From NCBI GenBank assembly GCA_964304625.1, contig OZ199839.1, forward strand, positions 9,965,201-10,029,200: a stretch of DNA of 64,000 bases. Direction: 5' to 3'. The notes below the pieces were generated by a model, which worked only from the letters and a program-made list of their open reading frames with translations, did no database searches and was not told where the DNA came from. Position 1 is the stretch's first letter; each line of letters opens with the position of its first letter. Positions 13,672 through 28,267 of this stretch are shown one piece after another. The position numbers and the translations under genes were made by a program. This DNA comes from Kudoa neothunni. Lineage: Eukaryota > Animalia > Cnidaria.

Positions 13672-14606
13672 CCCTCCAAATAAAACTGGGATAGAAATCT
13701 ACCCTTTTTTTATTTGATGAAATTGTCTCAAATAAAATTCAGCATTGACTGACTAATTGTGAGCACAATCCATTGAGTAAATTTTAAATAAACGCCCCAT
13801 TATTAAAATTATATATAATATACGCATGCGAGCATATTAATGTTGTTACATTCCTATGGCGTATGATTGTATTTATAAGTGTATAGGTGTATAGGTGTAT
13901 TTCTGCGGTTTTTTAGTTTTAACATTTAATTCAAATTTTATAACAGCGGTCAATTAATTTTTCTTATTTAAACAGCGCAGTGTAATACTGCACAGAAAAA
14001 CATAAAATAATGGAAGACAGTGCCTATTTCACAAAAAATTACCGTACACGTTTTTAAACTCTTTCTGAAACACAAAACTTGTTCAAATGTTTAACAATTA
14101 TATCGCATGTTTTTAGATGCTATCTACAACGTAGAAAAAAGCAAACTGATGAACAGACATCGTATTTTGAATAACTGGTATTATAATAATAATAATAATA
14201 ATAATAATGAGAGAATGAGGAGCTATCGTTGCATTCTGGAGAGAACGACAAGCTGATATCGATGTTGCGCATGCGGACCACATCTCATGTGTAGTGTATC
14301 GTTATTTATTCATTGTTTACCCTATATAATTTCCGCAAATTTCGTAAAATGATATATATCAATATTTTGAATAATTTTATGAAAGAAAAATGAGGGGTAG
14401 ATTTCCACCCCAATTTTATTTGGCAGGTGTTTTTATATTAACTCTTTTTATATAAGACCAAAAAAACTTTCAATTTATTTTTCCGAAAGCCCTCATAAAG
14501 ATAAATATTACAAAAAGTGGAGAGAAGGTATGTTCCATTTATACATTATAATATTGTTGGCAAAATTCACTTGGGGTACAAATCTACCCCAAGTAAATTG
14601 GAAGGA
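13672..14606. mobile_element. Degenerate non-autonomous piggyBac-like element
   Basis: CCCTCCAAATAAAACTGGGATAGAAATCTACCC at the left is inverted to GGGGTAGATTTCCACCCCAATTTTATTTGGCAGG (~14395-14428) and to a similar copy at ~14573-14606. The left arm resembles the element starting at 53020. No coding remnant seen. Confidence 0.5.
14182..14208. repeat. (AAT)n microsatellite
   Basis: Direct run of about 8 AAT units. A similar run lies at ~62257-62281. Confidence 0.8.
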
Positions 14607-14877
14607 TAAACAGGAAAAAATTAAAATAAACTAACAAATATAGGTATCAATGAAAAGACCACAACAAATTATTAAATTTGCAAAGACTATTGTGTGAATT
14701 AACTAATATGGTATTTCAACACGAATCAATTATTTTTTTATTATCGAATTAATGCAACGACAATAACTGCTGTAACTTTTGAAAAATATATAATTATAGA
14801 ATAGGTAGTTTAAATTGGAAAATATTGTGATCGATATATGTTTGAGATGAAGATAAATAATCTCTTCAGATTTGAAA

Positions 14878-15774
14878 TTAGTTTGGGTAGAATGCTTGGA
14901 CGTGCTCAGAGAGTTAGCGGTATAAACCAAACAATGTCGTCGTGATCACCTAAAGGGAGAAAGGTAAGAAACTAGTGCATTTTTAAGATTTTTATGTATA
15001 CGTTAATTATAATGGAAGCCACATTGCAGTAAAACCATATCAAAACATAATATTGCCTTGGGCCGCAAAGCTTTGCGTCCTTCAGTAAACAGCTTCCTTC
15101 TAACTAAAGATTGTGAGGCACAGTCGAAAAAGTATTTATTTGTTTATTACCATGAGAGGTAGCATCATTTTTCCCCATTCAATACCAACATAAATGACAA
15201 AAGCAATCATTATAGCGCTGTTTAGTCCAGCTGCCACCAGTAAAATCAAATATTTATACAAGCTATTCGAATGACTAATCGACAAAATAAATGGTAAAAA
15301 CAGCGGCAAAATTAATGGGTAAACCCTTACGTAACTATGACACTGCCAAGTCCAAAGATAAAGGTAACGACACCGAGAGCATGCACAACTGAACACGTAT
15401 TTATTACTCCTATTTGATTTAAAGTTAAATATTAAAATACTAAAATATTGAATTGATTAATTTTTATTATTTTTTAAAAAAATGAATTATTAAAGATAAA
15501 AATCTAGTAGAGCGCCATCGTAATAATCGACATTATTACAAGTAGCATAGCATACCTTTCAGTGTGGTAGCGTTCTCTTCAAAAGTATTTGTAAAGGCTA
15601 TTATCTTTAGCGATAGGCTAAAGCATGTCAACAAAACCACCTAATATATAAAGTTAAAGAATCTATCAGCTAATTAACCGAAATCACTATGCATGCAGTG
15701 AAAGATGCCACAAGTATTTCGAACAAATTTCGCCTTCTTTTGCTTAATATAGGAGTAGGATCCACTTCAGTCAT
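14878..15774 (-). pseudogene. Spliced multi-pass membrane protein pseudogene, possibly Frag1/DRAM/TMEM150-like
   Basis: Hydrophobic segments are separated by short introns: MTEVDPTPILSKRRRNLFEILVASFTACIVIS|VVLLTCFSLSL..., GVINTCSVVHALGVVTFIFGLGSVIVT|HSNSLYKYLILLVAAGLNSAIMIAFVIYVG..., QYYVLIWFYCNVASIIIN|VITTTLFGLY. Joining them requires frameshifts and passes in-frame stops. The family guess rests only on the HxxG..F..G helix. Confidence 0.45.
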
Positions 15775-16780
15775 TATATGCGTTCAAATTCTCTTAAATG
15801 ATCGTTAATTTTATTAGGATGTTCGTAATCGTTGTTATCTATAAAATCGACGTCGCATGTTGTTATTTATATTTTCATACTTCTTATTATAAATGTTAAC
15901 TCTCAAAAAATCATTTGGTCTTGGATAATTGAAAAAATAGAGTTAAATCACTTTGTTGATTTTTTATTTTTATTCTTAGGTAGTTTATTTAATATTTTTG
16001 ATCCAAGTCTTGGCAACGATAATAGAACAAAAACAACTACAGATTATCATTTAAAATAAAGGTAATAAGATCATATTTTACGTATAAATTAATATTATCG
16101 TTTAATATATATGTATATAATTAATTTCATGGTTCTGACTCAATGGATTGATAAAATTAAATTAAAAAATTAATTATGTAAATATTAGGATTAAATAATT
16201 CATTTAATTGTTTTAATACGATTAACTACAATTAGATTTAATATAAAAGGAATATATTAATTGATAATATTTAGTTCCATTTATTAATAACTTTTTTAAA
16301 CTTCATAAAGTTTTAATTATTATCCTAATTTTTATTTTTAAAACTTGATTGAAAACAAAATCTTTTTTAATCCTCGTATAAATTAAATTGAGTAATATTA
16401 AAAATTTACCACGTGACTATATTTTGTTCCCAATTCTCATTTTCCACCAAATTTTAAATGTTAATAAGTATTGCTTTGACTAACAATATTTTAAGATAAA
16501 TTACCGACATCTTACGAATAAATTCCTTATTTTACAAAAGAAGTGGCTACTGGCACGGTGAATAATATTCAGGTGTGATTAGTTTTGATTATATTTAATT
16601 CTTTCTTACCCTTAAGAGCGAAGCGTAAAGCTAATATTAATAATATGTATATATATATATATATATTTAAATCTTTATATAAAATTTGAACAGGAGTTGT
16701 TAAGATTAAAAATTTCTACTGAGCAAGCGAACCTTAACTATGCCGTTTAGGATTAAAATTAGCGTGCCAATAGTCTATAC

Positions 16781-18850
16781 CAGGGATGGCCAAACCATAG
16801 CTCGCGAGCCACATGTGATTCTTTGAAAGTTATGGTGTAGCTCCTGAAAAAAATTTGTTAGTTAGATTTTTTTAATTCGACCAGCATGTTAATTCAGAAA
16901 AGTACAAAGCTAAACCTGTTTAATAAAGTGAAGAAATTAAATCTTTAATTATAAGCTAGAAAATATTTTTTAATAGAAAACATAGTTACAAACTATCATA
17001 TAGTTTTAACATATGGTGAGCATTAGAATTATTACTAGTTTTATTAGGAAATAAAATTTAAACTAATGTTTATCCATTACCAATGTGATAGATATCGAAT
17101 GAATAAAACACTAATTAAAGTTTTAAAGATGATTCATAATGCCAACTAACCAAACCAACTTTGGAAATATGTTTCAGAAACTAAATATTAAATATTATAA
17201 GACATTTGCCTCAAAATTGTTTTTATTTTCTGAAAAACTTATTGTTGTATGTCTATTTATTCAACGATGAAGTTTGTAAAATAGAAGCATTACCGTTCCT
17301 TTCCTCACAAACAAACGCCTGACGGAACTAATTCGTACAGCAGCGCTTCCCGATTCATGTTAGTTTCCGAAATCCTTCCCAAACAAGAGATATAAACATG
17401 GATTTATTGTTTGGTGAGGAAAATACCCTTACTAAAATTACATTAAAAAGAAAAAGGCTGCCAATTTTAACTAGAATAACAGATATAACTAAAATAAGTA
17501 CAATTGAGAATAGATTAAATGTTATGACTTTTTTTCTTATCTTTTTTGGACAATAATTAGGTACAAACGAGGTTCTTTGTTAGTTAAACGTATGTGCAAA
17601 TCATAATTTATAAATTAATTACATAAGTAATATTTTAATGAAAAATATCAAGTGTAAATAGTTATGCTTTTTCCGAATGTTGGATTTCGTAATTTTTTTG
17701 TTCTAATTATAAATAACAGATTGAATGAAGATAATAAGCGTATGATCCAATTTCGAATATAAAGTTTAAGCTTATATAATTTTTGAGTGCACATTAATTG
17801 AATTTGAAATACAAAATCTAAAATATTTCAAAAACCAAATCAAATAAACTTAATCTTCACGCTAATCAAAGTTGAATACTTACTTTCCTTATAGTTTAAT
17901 TTAAAAAAATAAATAATATAATTTTTTAAAATTCAGCCCATTTCAAAAAGCTTTTTAAGTCGTTTATGTTTTCAATTAAAAATAAATATTTTATTAGTTT
18001 GTTTGTTAGGATGCTTAAGATATGAAATAATTTATTTATGAATGAAAAGCAATAAATTATTATTTTTATTTCATTTATTAATCAATTTAAAAAAAGTAGA
18101 TTAACAACAAATAAATTTTCAGTAAAATTCATCAAACGATTATTTGTTTATCAGACAACTTTCAGCTTTGATTGCGGACGAATCGCACATGATATTTTTT
18201 TCGAGAGAGATTCTGAATATTAAGAATCAGTACAATACATACAAAACTTGTTCGGCCGTACAATTGTTTCGATGACTCAAGGTGTTATTTTCGGACCTCA
18301 AGTGACTGTCTACCGGACCCCCAATCGGGAAGCACTATCGTACCGCGTAAACAGCATACGAATCGGATTATCGTCCGCTCACTGGTAAGGTGGAAACATA
18401 AAAAACTTGTAACATTAGAAAAAATTAAAAAAAAATCCGAAAGAATTAAATTCTTGTGTTACTACTCTATTCGTAAATATTTAATTTTATTTTTTGCCAT
18501 ACTATCATATATGATTAAATGTGAAAAATATTTTAACATTTTTGCGATCCTTTTCATGGAGAAAAAGTTTTTGGATCGTTAACTACTAATTTACTTTTTT
18601 GGAAATACTATCATAAATTATACCTGTACAAATTATATCCAAATTTTCTAGTGATTAACTGAATAACAAAAAATTAATAAACCTCTATTTAGAATTCTAC
18701 ACATTTTATCTTATTATTTACCAAAAATTTTCCAAAAATGTAATTTTTATATAAGGTAGAAGTACATAATTTATTTTAGTGCCTTGTGGCTCTTGAAAAT
18801 TTAGGAAATCTTAAAGTTGACTCTCGATCTGGGAATGTGTGGCCACCCTG
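16781..18850 (+). mobile_element. Non-autonomous hAT element (Buster/SPIN/Charlie type)
   Basis: TIRs CAGGGATGGCCAAAC ... GTGTGGCCACCCTG. The 8-bp TSD GTCTATAC/GTCTATAA has a central TA. A remnant of the hAT dimerisation domain (KTYCCMSIYSTMKFVK...LTELIRTA) lies at ~17160-17340. Confidence 0.88.
17341..18337. mobile_element. hAT-type MITE nested inside the Buster-like element
   Basis: TIRs CAGCGCTTCCCGATT ... AATCGGGAAGCACTA, with 8-bp TSD TCGTACAG/TCGTACCG. Removing it rejoins the host transposase C-terminus LTELIRTA|*TAYESDYRPL. Confidence 0.8.
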
Positions 18851-20118
18851 GTCTATAAATTTGGTAAATAATAATTTTTTGGAGTCAAATTTGTTAAAAA
18901 AAATACAAAACTTTTAACAACCTGATTAAAATCCGTCTATATCAATTTGATACTATGATGATATTTAAATTTCACCTTATAATAAAAAATCATTTGTTAA
19001 TTTATCCCTTTCATGCCGGTTTTTTTTTCGCGATTTGAAGATAAAATATTACTAATATATATGGTCAGTTTGAACGATTTAAAAAATTATGATGTCTAAA
19101 ATAAATTGTATCATCCATTATCGTCAAATTACGGGAAAAAAGGTAAATTAAAAAAATCATATTTATACGTATCATAACTAATTTAAAATTTCAAAATGTC
19201 GTTAAAAAGCATTTAATATTTATTTTTTATCCGAAGTGAAAACAATAACTTAATACAATCAATATGCTTACATCTATCAATTTTTTTGTGCATGCGCGCC
19301 AGCCAATTTAGATGTGTCGACTTTTCATTTTCCAAACTATTTCATATTGAAAAATGTTTAAACGTAAAAGTTAAAAAAAAGAATAAAACGGAGTGAGTTT
19401 TAGTATATAGATTTTTTTACTTGAAGTAGATATGTTATATAATTATTAATAATAGTAATAACGATTTATATTATAATCTGCAACAATGATCTCTGCATAA
19501 CTCTTTTAAATTAAAAAATTCAAATGTTTTTGAATAATATAATAATTAACAAATTGTACTTTATCAAAAATCTATTAATAGAAAATGATACGATTATACA
19601 CTAATATAAATTTCGTGGTTTAACGTGTTGCTATAAAACATTAAATTGCATTTTTTTATGTTAAAATTGAAACTAATTTTTTCTTTTTTTGGATAAAAAA
19701 AGTCACCATGATATTTTTAAACTAATTTGGAGAATATATTTGAAAGAAAATGCCGTGGAAACTGAATTTTTTCTCCCGTTAATTTAAAATTCATATGATC
19801 ATTAAACACCTAAAGGTTAAACAAACTATAAACCACATTTGTTTAATTATAACCAGTTGTTTGACTTTATATAAATTTTTTAGTCACAATCGACTGGTTT
19901 AATTTGGCATAGGCAGTAAACTTTATGACGCGTAGAAATCAACAGAGTCGAGTATTTTGGAAGCGCGCACAAATTTGACGAATTATTGCTTTATTATAAG
20001 AGTTATATCACGTGAATTAATTATTAAGAGTAATATAAAAAATAATTAAAAATAATTATATAGGACAGAAAAGAGACGGAGAAAAGTACTTATACGAAAG
20101 ATTTGAATGAAAAGCAAT

Positions 20119-23100
20119 TTATAGCTCATATTGAGGCTCCTTTGAGGCACTACGTCGCACACAAATAACTATGCAAATAATCAGAACTAGAACAATGATG
20201 ACGACCACTGGAACTATAATCCTAAAATTACATTAAAAAATGAATACCAAATTCTCTACTTTAGATTTTCTTGTAAACTAAATAATGATTAGTTATTTTA
20301 AGAACAAAAATATTACGATTCATAATTTTCATTAACATCTTCAGGTGTGGGGGTTTCCGATTCAGTCTCTTCATTATCCACAGATGAAGTATCAGTAGAA
20401 ATAGTTGACTCTTCGCTATTCACAGTTGAAATGTCTGGAGATGTAGTTGGCGTTTGAGAAGAAGTTTCTGAATTTGGCACAATAGGTTTAGTTGTGGATG
20501 TTTGAACTTCAGAACCTAAAACACAAATAAAATTTTATTGTTACAGTATTTTTGGAATTAGAAAACTGAAAGCGGAGCGTCACTTTATCATACTTATGAG
20601 GAAAGAAAAAATAATAATAATAAAATAAATATTGATGAAAAAAATATTATTTTCATATAACATATTATAATTACTTTCAATAAATATTAATTCAATGTGT
20701 AAAAATAACAGTAAATACATTTTAACCCTCTAACGATCTAAAAAACAATACCCCTAAAACACTTTTGGGGTAAAAATTAGCCCACATTTTTGTTGCACCG
20801 ATGTGTTCAAAAAATAATTTATTGAGGAATACAAAATATCCTTAAATTTAAAACAGTACAATCATTGGAATATTGTATTAATTAGGCCAAATAATCTCAA
20901 ACTAATACCGAGTATGATATTATGGGGATATATTGACGTTCTCCGTAAGTGTTTACAAAATAAAAATATCGTTATCGGCTTATAAAAAGCTCAATAAAAA
21001 AAATAAGCACGACAGTTAATTTCTGCGCTTCAACATCAACAGAATTTTTAAGCATGAGTGAAGAAATAAAACTTGCAGCAATTATGACACTATTTAGAGT
21101 TTCTCTTATCATTTTATTTTTCGCAATAATCTCAGCATGATGATTTTTTATTTAAAATCGGTTCTTTATTCGAATATAAAATTTATTTAAATTTCTTTTG
21201 ATAACTTTTCTGGAGATTCTATTTACAGTGAATTGTACAATTCTTCAGAAATCTCTTTCAGAAAGTTTATCCTTAATTTTTTCTCTGAATTAAATATGTC
21301 ATTGAATAATGCCAATGCATTAATTAACACAATATCGATCATGTCGAAAAGACGATAAGCAGCCATCATCATTTAAACTTTTGATTAGAAAATAATGTCA
21401 ACACCCTATACACATTATCAACCCCACCCTTGGTTGCATTGTAATGCACTATCTTATGAGGTTTAAAATTTTTAGACACATCGATAACAATATTATCAGT
21501 GACACTTGTCTATCCTTATGAATAGCCATTAGTAATAGAACACCTACATAACCTTTAAATTCAATTTCATTGATATCATGTCACTCATCATTAAAATAGT
21601 AATTTCCAAGCACATTATTGAATACATTATGACAAAACTGTCGATTTCTGAGGTAAAGGATAACAAAAAACAATAAATGAATGATTTTATCTTTGAAGAA
21701 ACATATGAAGTAATACCAAGGATGGAATTCGTTATGTTTTCGGCACAGGTTTCTCTCGTAGGTGACATTGATAAACTTAAAGTAATTCCACTTTTACTTT
21801 TTAAATTTTTATAATTAATATCTATGGGATCTATTTATTCGTCCGATATATCATTTTTATCAATAATTTGATCGTCAAATTTGCTTCCAGACAAGGTATA
21901 TTCGCCAATGAAATCACTTGCATCATTCATTTAGAATTATGCACTACGCGCACATACGCATTGTACCACCTAGTCATTTTGTTCATTGTTTTCTTCAAAT
22001 CTACTCGTTTGATTTAACTAATAATTTATATTTCATTACTTACAAGATACTCTTTACATTAAAGTAATAAAAAATGGGGGGGGGGGGAATTTACCCCAAA
22101 AAACGTTAGAGGATAATATTTAAATAAAATTTTTTCGTTTTCAATAGTCTTTTCCAATTTTTTAGTAAAAGTAAATCATTGTAAGTTCCATGAATACTGA
22201 ATATTTGGTGAGATTTAATAAATTAAATAAAAAGATATGCTCAACACAAAATAGTTTTGGGGTGCATTTACCCCAAAATCGTTAGAGGGTTAATAAATTT
22301 ATATTTAGAAGTAAAAACTAACGTTATTCCTAATGATAATATTAACTAAAATATATTGATTTAAAAAATTAGTTTAAGATGTATATAACAGTGTTAAAAG
22401 TAGAAAAATTAAAAAGGACGAATAACCACGTGCCAATATGAGAACGAAAATGCTTATTTATGGTAAAAATGGCTATTGTCACGGATCATAATATCCAGGT
22501 TGGTATAGTTTTGACTGTATTTAATTACTTTTAATCCCTAGTAGAGATAGAAAAGGGCAAAAAATAATTAAATACAACAGATTCTAAAAAATATACTTAA
22601 TACATCAACTATGAATAGGAGTTAACGGTATTAAAAATGGAAACCGCGCAAGCTTTAGTTATCATTTGGATTTAAAACTCCCGTGTCAATAGCCAGTGTT
22701 TTTATGATATTACTCCTGTATAACATATTTATGATTAAAGGGAAAAATTTAGTTCTAGATATCTATAATTCTATAAGGTTTAAAAAAATAACGTTATACA
22801 TAAAAATTGCTAAAGTTAAATTGTAAAAAATTGATGAAAAGATCATGACTAAATTAGTTGTCACTATAAATATTTTTGAAACTTTATATGTATATATACA
22901 TATATATATTAATTTAGCACACTCAAATAATCAAAGTAAAAACAATGATACTTTATACGATATTATGATATAAATGTAAATATAATTAAAATTACTAATA
23001 ACTACTTTAAAACTTAATAATTCAATAATTCTCTAAAAATGAGAGCTATAAAAAATTTTGTTTTCTGATAATTTAACTTTTTATATAAAAAAATTGAAAC

Positions 23101-25764
23101 ACCGATTTTAATCTCTAGATTTATATGAATTGCCGATGATACTAAAAATGTAAATTAATGCTGCATTTTAGTAAAAATTACCAAAATAAATTTAAAATGC
23201 AATATACCCTTGATAACTATTGTTGTTCCGTTCACAGAGAGATCATTCGTGTAGAATAAAGTCAATTTATAGCTAAGATTGCCATCAAGTTGGTTGATGA
23301 GGAACCATTTGCAGAGCGGTACGAAAGCACTGCAATATTTTCTTTCTGATTTGGAACATTGCTTCACCTTAACATATTCTCCGTTTACTAGGGCTAATAA
23401 CTCGTAGTAACATCTTGTGTTTGACGGTTGAAATCGTTGGGGTACCACCGAAGTGACATTTATATAATTATTTTTCAGAATCGCCGTTACATTTATATTA
23501 TTATCTATTTATATTTATATCTGATTAGCACGTTGAATAATAAATGATAAATCTATCACAAAAAAATAATTTTTATTACCTTTTGATATTAATATGCATT
23601 TTGTCTCCGGTAATTCTACAAACGGTCTCACACATACAAGGTAATCATAAGAGCGAATGTAAGGATCAGAAAATTCGAAAATGTTGCACCAAGGAGGATA
23701 TTCGCATGAGTTTCTCATATCTGTTAAATCGGTTATATATGTGTAAGTATTTATTTTTGTTGGTTTTAGAATTTTATTTCCATGAAGACAGGTATAGATC
23801 AAACGAAATGCTTCATCTTGCCTAACAAAAACATTGTAATCGCATTTATACAGGAATGCTGGACCATATGGGAACTCTCCATAAATAGAAAAGTTTCCAC
23901 TTGTAATGTTATAATGGTTGTTGAGTTGGAGGGAGCCATCCACTAAAACATTAACCAATTAAAAAATTTCATTTACAAATTTTTTATTTAAAATATTATT
24001 GTACTTAGCATAAATATATCATTATAATCTTTATTGATTTCAATTTTTATTTTATAACTTGCAGGAGATAACCCAATAATATTGAAATCATCGTTGCATA
24101 ATCCTAGGCATCGAGAGCCATTATCACAAGTCGCTTCGTAGAACAGATCACTTTCCATAGGACTAACATAGATAGCGCAACTATAGCCAAGTTGTTTGCT
24201 TTCAAATTCTTCGAAATTGCCTCGTAATTTAAGAATGTGTCTATTTTCTTGGGGTACGAAAACAATTTTGTCTGTTCCATCAACACCGTCTATATATTAT
24301 ACATAAAATAATATCAATAAATATTTAAATTATTACCTATTTTGACAAAAACTTTAACTACATACATTAGGATAATCGAGATATACATTTCAATAGACAC
24401 CATGTATGATTTAGCGGGTTGTAACTTATCGTATTTGATCGAATCGCATGCATTCACATTAGAGGTTGTAGGATCCCGGTAAACAGCGACATAATCAGCA
24501 GTTGTATTTGGGGAATCTACTCGATATAATTCTGACCTACATGTGCTGTACTCGTAACCAAAACTATCGCTATTTTGATTGAACAATGATTTATCAAGAA
24601 CGAAGCTAAATTCTTTTATTCTCGAGATTAAACCGCCAGCGGAGTTTTCCATGGAGTTAAATACTAAATGCAAATTACTAAGGTGTAGCATAGTTTAATC
24701 ATACAAAACTTTTTATCGATAAATCCTGAATTAATATCAAGCAATTCATGATATCTTGTTTTTATAATTATTTCAACAATAGGGTAATGAGGCAGTTTAA
24801 GATGAACATCTTTACAAGGGGCGAAACATTGTTGAACTGGCCAGTTACCACCACAATTAGATATGTATTCTTTAGATCGCCTGTCTCTCGAATGTACACC
24901 TCCTATGGTAAAATAGCATATATCGGCAGAGAATGAATTTGAAAACGATATTAAATATTCATTTTCTCCTGATGTTGATGCACTTTTTACATTGTATTGG
25001 GGTATATACATGGGTGAATTTGTTTTCATGTATTTGTTGGGCATGTAATAGAAAAAACTAGGTAAGGTATTGCATATTATTTGAAAAAATGGTATGAGAT
25101 CATAAAATTTAACTGATGCAAAATATTTCTCTCCATGAACACTAAACACTCCAGTGGATTCCATCTGTTTAAGTTCATTTTTGTAGTATATGCTACAATC
25201 TACTTCTCGTTTGGCATTAACAAATGTATGTATATTATAATCAGATTTTTGTATAATTATACGGGGAGTAACCAAAAAAGCTAAATAAATTTGTTTATAA
25301 ATAGATTTAAACAAATTATCAGTTTATACCTCGTTGAAAACCAAGTATGGTATTAGTGTAACTGGTGGATCCAGAAGAAATATAGGAAGTTTTAACCAAT
25401 GCATAGAGGTATGGTTTAGAATAGAAATCATACTCAAGCAATATTTCACGGCCACAGTCAAAATGGCAAAAAGCCGGCGGATATATATTGCCTTCCACAA
25501 AGCACAGTGCTCCAGTTTTTATGATTGTTTCTGGAATAAGTATACTGATTTCGCAGTCCAATGCTTGATCAGTACCACTTATCACGTTCAGGTAAAAATC
25601 TAACGTCCACGCACTTGGGTTAATTCCATACTGGAATGATGTTGTTGGATTCGAAGTGTTATATCCATACATTAAGATAATCATAACTTCAAAATAACAA
25701 ATTTAACACATTGAAAAATTATGTAAATATTACCAATGGTTGTTCTAAATACGAGATGATCCAT
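20119..25764 (-). CDS. Surface-protein paralogue C, with long Ser/Thr-rich stalk and a 2.6-kb transposon-containing intron
   Basis: ATG at 25764 (MDHLVFRTTI|VMIILMYGY). Six domain exons over 25.7-23.2 kb are all open. A possible 39-nt exon lies at 23141-23103. Then stalk exon 20515-20317 (GSEVQTSTTKPIVPNSETSSQTPTTSPD...), micro-exon 20277-20260 and TM exon 20221-20119 (IIVPVVVIIVLVLIICIVICV-RRSASKEPQYEL*). Splice phases are consistent. Confidence 0.82.
20726..22289 (-). mobile_element. Internally deleted piggyBac element within an intron of paralogue C
   Basis: TTAA|CCCTCTAACGAT ... ATCGTTAGAGGG|TTAA. The minus-strand remnant KPHKIVHYNATKGGVD (~21417-21465) is the piggyBac third catalytic-D motif. 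An internal copy of the right terminus lies at ~22091-22113. Confidence 0.88.
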
Positions 25765-26734
25765 TTTAGATGTAAATTTTACCAATTAAACCACCACAAG
25801 TTAACTTTTTGATCTTGAATTACATTAACAATTAAATTTAATTAGATTAATTATTTAATAATCGTAATAATATTAATTTTAATTAATATTACATTTATAA
25901 AATAATTTTTTTCACAAATTAAATGTTTATTTTAGTAGTTGAATAGTTTCAGGCATTTTTGTAATATTAATTAAATATTTCAAAGTATTAATACAGTTGT
26001 TAATTTCATCTAATAAATAATTTAATAATCCTTTTGGATGTTAACATGCGACATTAATTAAATATTAAAAAGATTAAGTATAATTTGTTACCGTTATTGA
26101 ATTGTCACACCTAAAATTAGCCATTTCGTTTCTAATAACTGATTATTATTCAAAAATATAGTATATATTTTGGGTATTTGAGTATGTAATGGTGAATAAG
26201 ATATTTATGATCTTGATACGAAATAATATATCAAGATTGCCTTTATAGAAACATTGGTTAAATAAATACATTACAAGTAGGGTAAAATTACCACTTTATT
26301 TTCGATTTTTATACAGTTAAGAAATAATACATTATGTTTTTTGAATAAGTATCATAATAAAATTAATAAAGAATTGAAAATTTCCTTTTCTAATTAGTGG
26401 AATAATAAATGTTGATTTATTATTTAAAATTTTTAATATTATGAAATATTCTAATTTATTTATTTAAAAACAGCAAATTTTATTAGATAAACACGCAAAA
26501 ATACTTTTATAAATATTAATTGTTAATAGGAGACGTAAATGCGCCATATAATTTATTGTTGGCAATAATAATTTTTTTGAAGATTTCAAAAACAATATGC
26601 CTTTGGAATGAAATACAATTAAATTTTCAATTAAAACATAAAATATAATAATTTTTTGGAAATTAATTACGAAGCTAAATCCTAATCATGATATATATCG
26701 TACATTTACCATCAATGATGTGACATATGGATTA

Positions 26735-27931
26735 CTGTAAGGCCTCGATATTGCGCACTAAATCGGGACCTGAGCTTTTACTGCCCATTAAGAAATCATT
26801 GTCAGAATTTTTTTATTTTTTAATTAAAAATGATCTATATTGTTTTTATTATTGAAATAATGATGTGAGAGACATCGATCCAATAATATACGAACTTTAA
26901 TTTATCTTTCGCTTTGATCAAGAGTTCTCAAAATATCAAGAAGATAGTTGAGGATATCCAACAATTTTTTTCTGTTAATACTTAACAGAAAATTCATTAA
27001 TTCCTTTAAAACAAGGTGTCTCTTTAAATATACCAATGAAAATCTATGGAAATTTTATCCCTTAAAATTAATCACTCTATAATTCTATTTCAGGTTTTTT
27101 CATTATTTCATATTCTTGTAATTCAACTCCTTCTTTATATCGTATTTATATTATATGCTCGTTGAGTGCATTGTTCTTAGGGTAGAGCGTTCTCACCGAG
27201 ATTTAATATGTGTTCGTTTTTATATTTACTTTTTACTTAATCATTAACAATATTATCGTCAACTTTTCTCCCTTATCCGTAAAGAGTGAATTTTTAAACA
27301 ACATGGAATCTTAAAATTTTAAAAGTAGCTTTTGTTCCACTTAAATCAGTGATTTAGGATCATCAGAAAAGTCTTACCTTCTCAGTGATATAAACTCTGT
27401 AATATTTGTCTTTTTTGGTGATCTGATACAATCCAGCCATATAACGCAATTTGAAGTTTAATGTATTTATTAGTTGTAATTTCTTTACTGAGAGTAACAA
27501 CATTGGATTTCATTATATCAGGTTCATTAGATCAAATTCTATTCAGAAAAGAATAACTGAATTTAATCTGAATAAAACTTACAATAACAGAATTCATAAT
27601 ATTCTATGGCACTATAGAGTAATTTTTTGGCATTTCAGATTATGGTAATTGAATCATAATATGGAACAATTCAAATTTTTTACGAAAATTTCTTCTTTCA
27701 TAACTCCGAACGTTCAAATGTGTAATTTAAGGGATTAATCGGATTAAAATTTGAAGTAACGACTGCCTCGTAGCAAGACCCTGAATTTTACAAAAAATAC
27801 ATTTTTAAAATATTATTTCGTATTTTGGGGCATAAAGCTAGAATAGAGGACTATATATATCGAAAGGTTACAATGCTGGTCACAGAAATTTGAAAAAAAA
27901 ACGCCGACTACCCTATATCGAGACCTTACTG
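26735..27931 (-). mobile_element. Degenerate pogo/Tigger-like element
   Basis: TA|CTGTAAGGCCTCGATAT ... ATATCGAGACCTTACTG inverted termini. A weak CENP-B-HTH-like remnant (WLD...KK.NI..FISL) is on the minus strand near 27400. Confidence 0.55.
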
Positions 27932-28267
27932 TTTATTGCATAGGGGTTGTGATACACAAACCAAAGATACGCGATCGAGAGCAGTGCGGTACCTCACCTC
28001 CAAATTCAAAATATGGCTTTCGGGCTCGAACACCGCCCGCGACCAGTCACTACATTTTTATGAAATATAATATTAAATAAATAATATTTGTAATAAAAAA
28101 AATTTTTTAATTTCTGACGTTAAAAATTTAAATGATGATTTGTCAAGTGTGACATCTCATTAAAATATTAATTGATATTTGTATAAAATTAATTCAAATA
28201 AAAAAATACAAAATAAAAATTTTTTTTATGCATATTGAATTGCTTAATGCTTGAATAAAAATGACGT

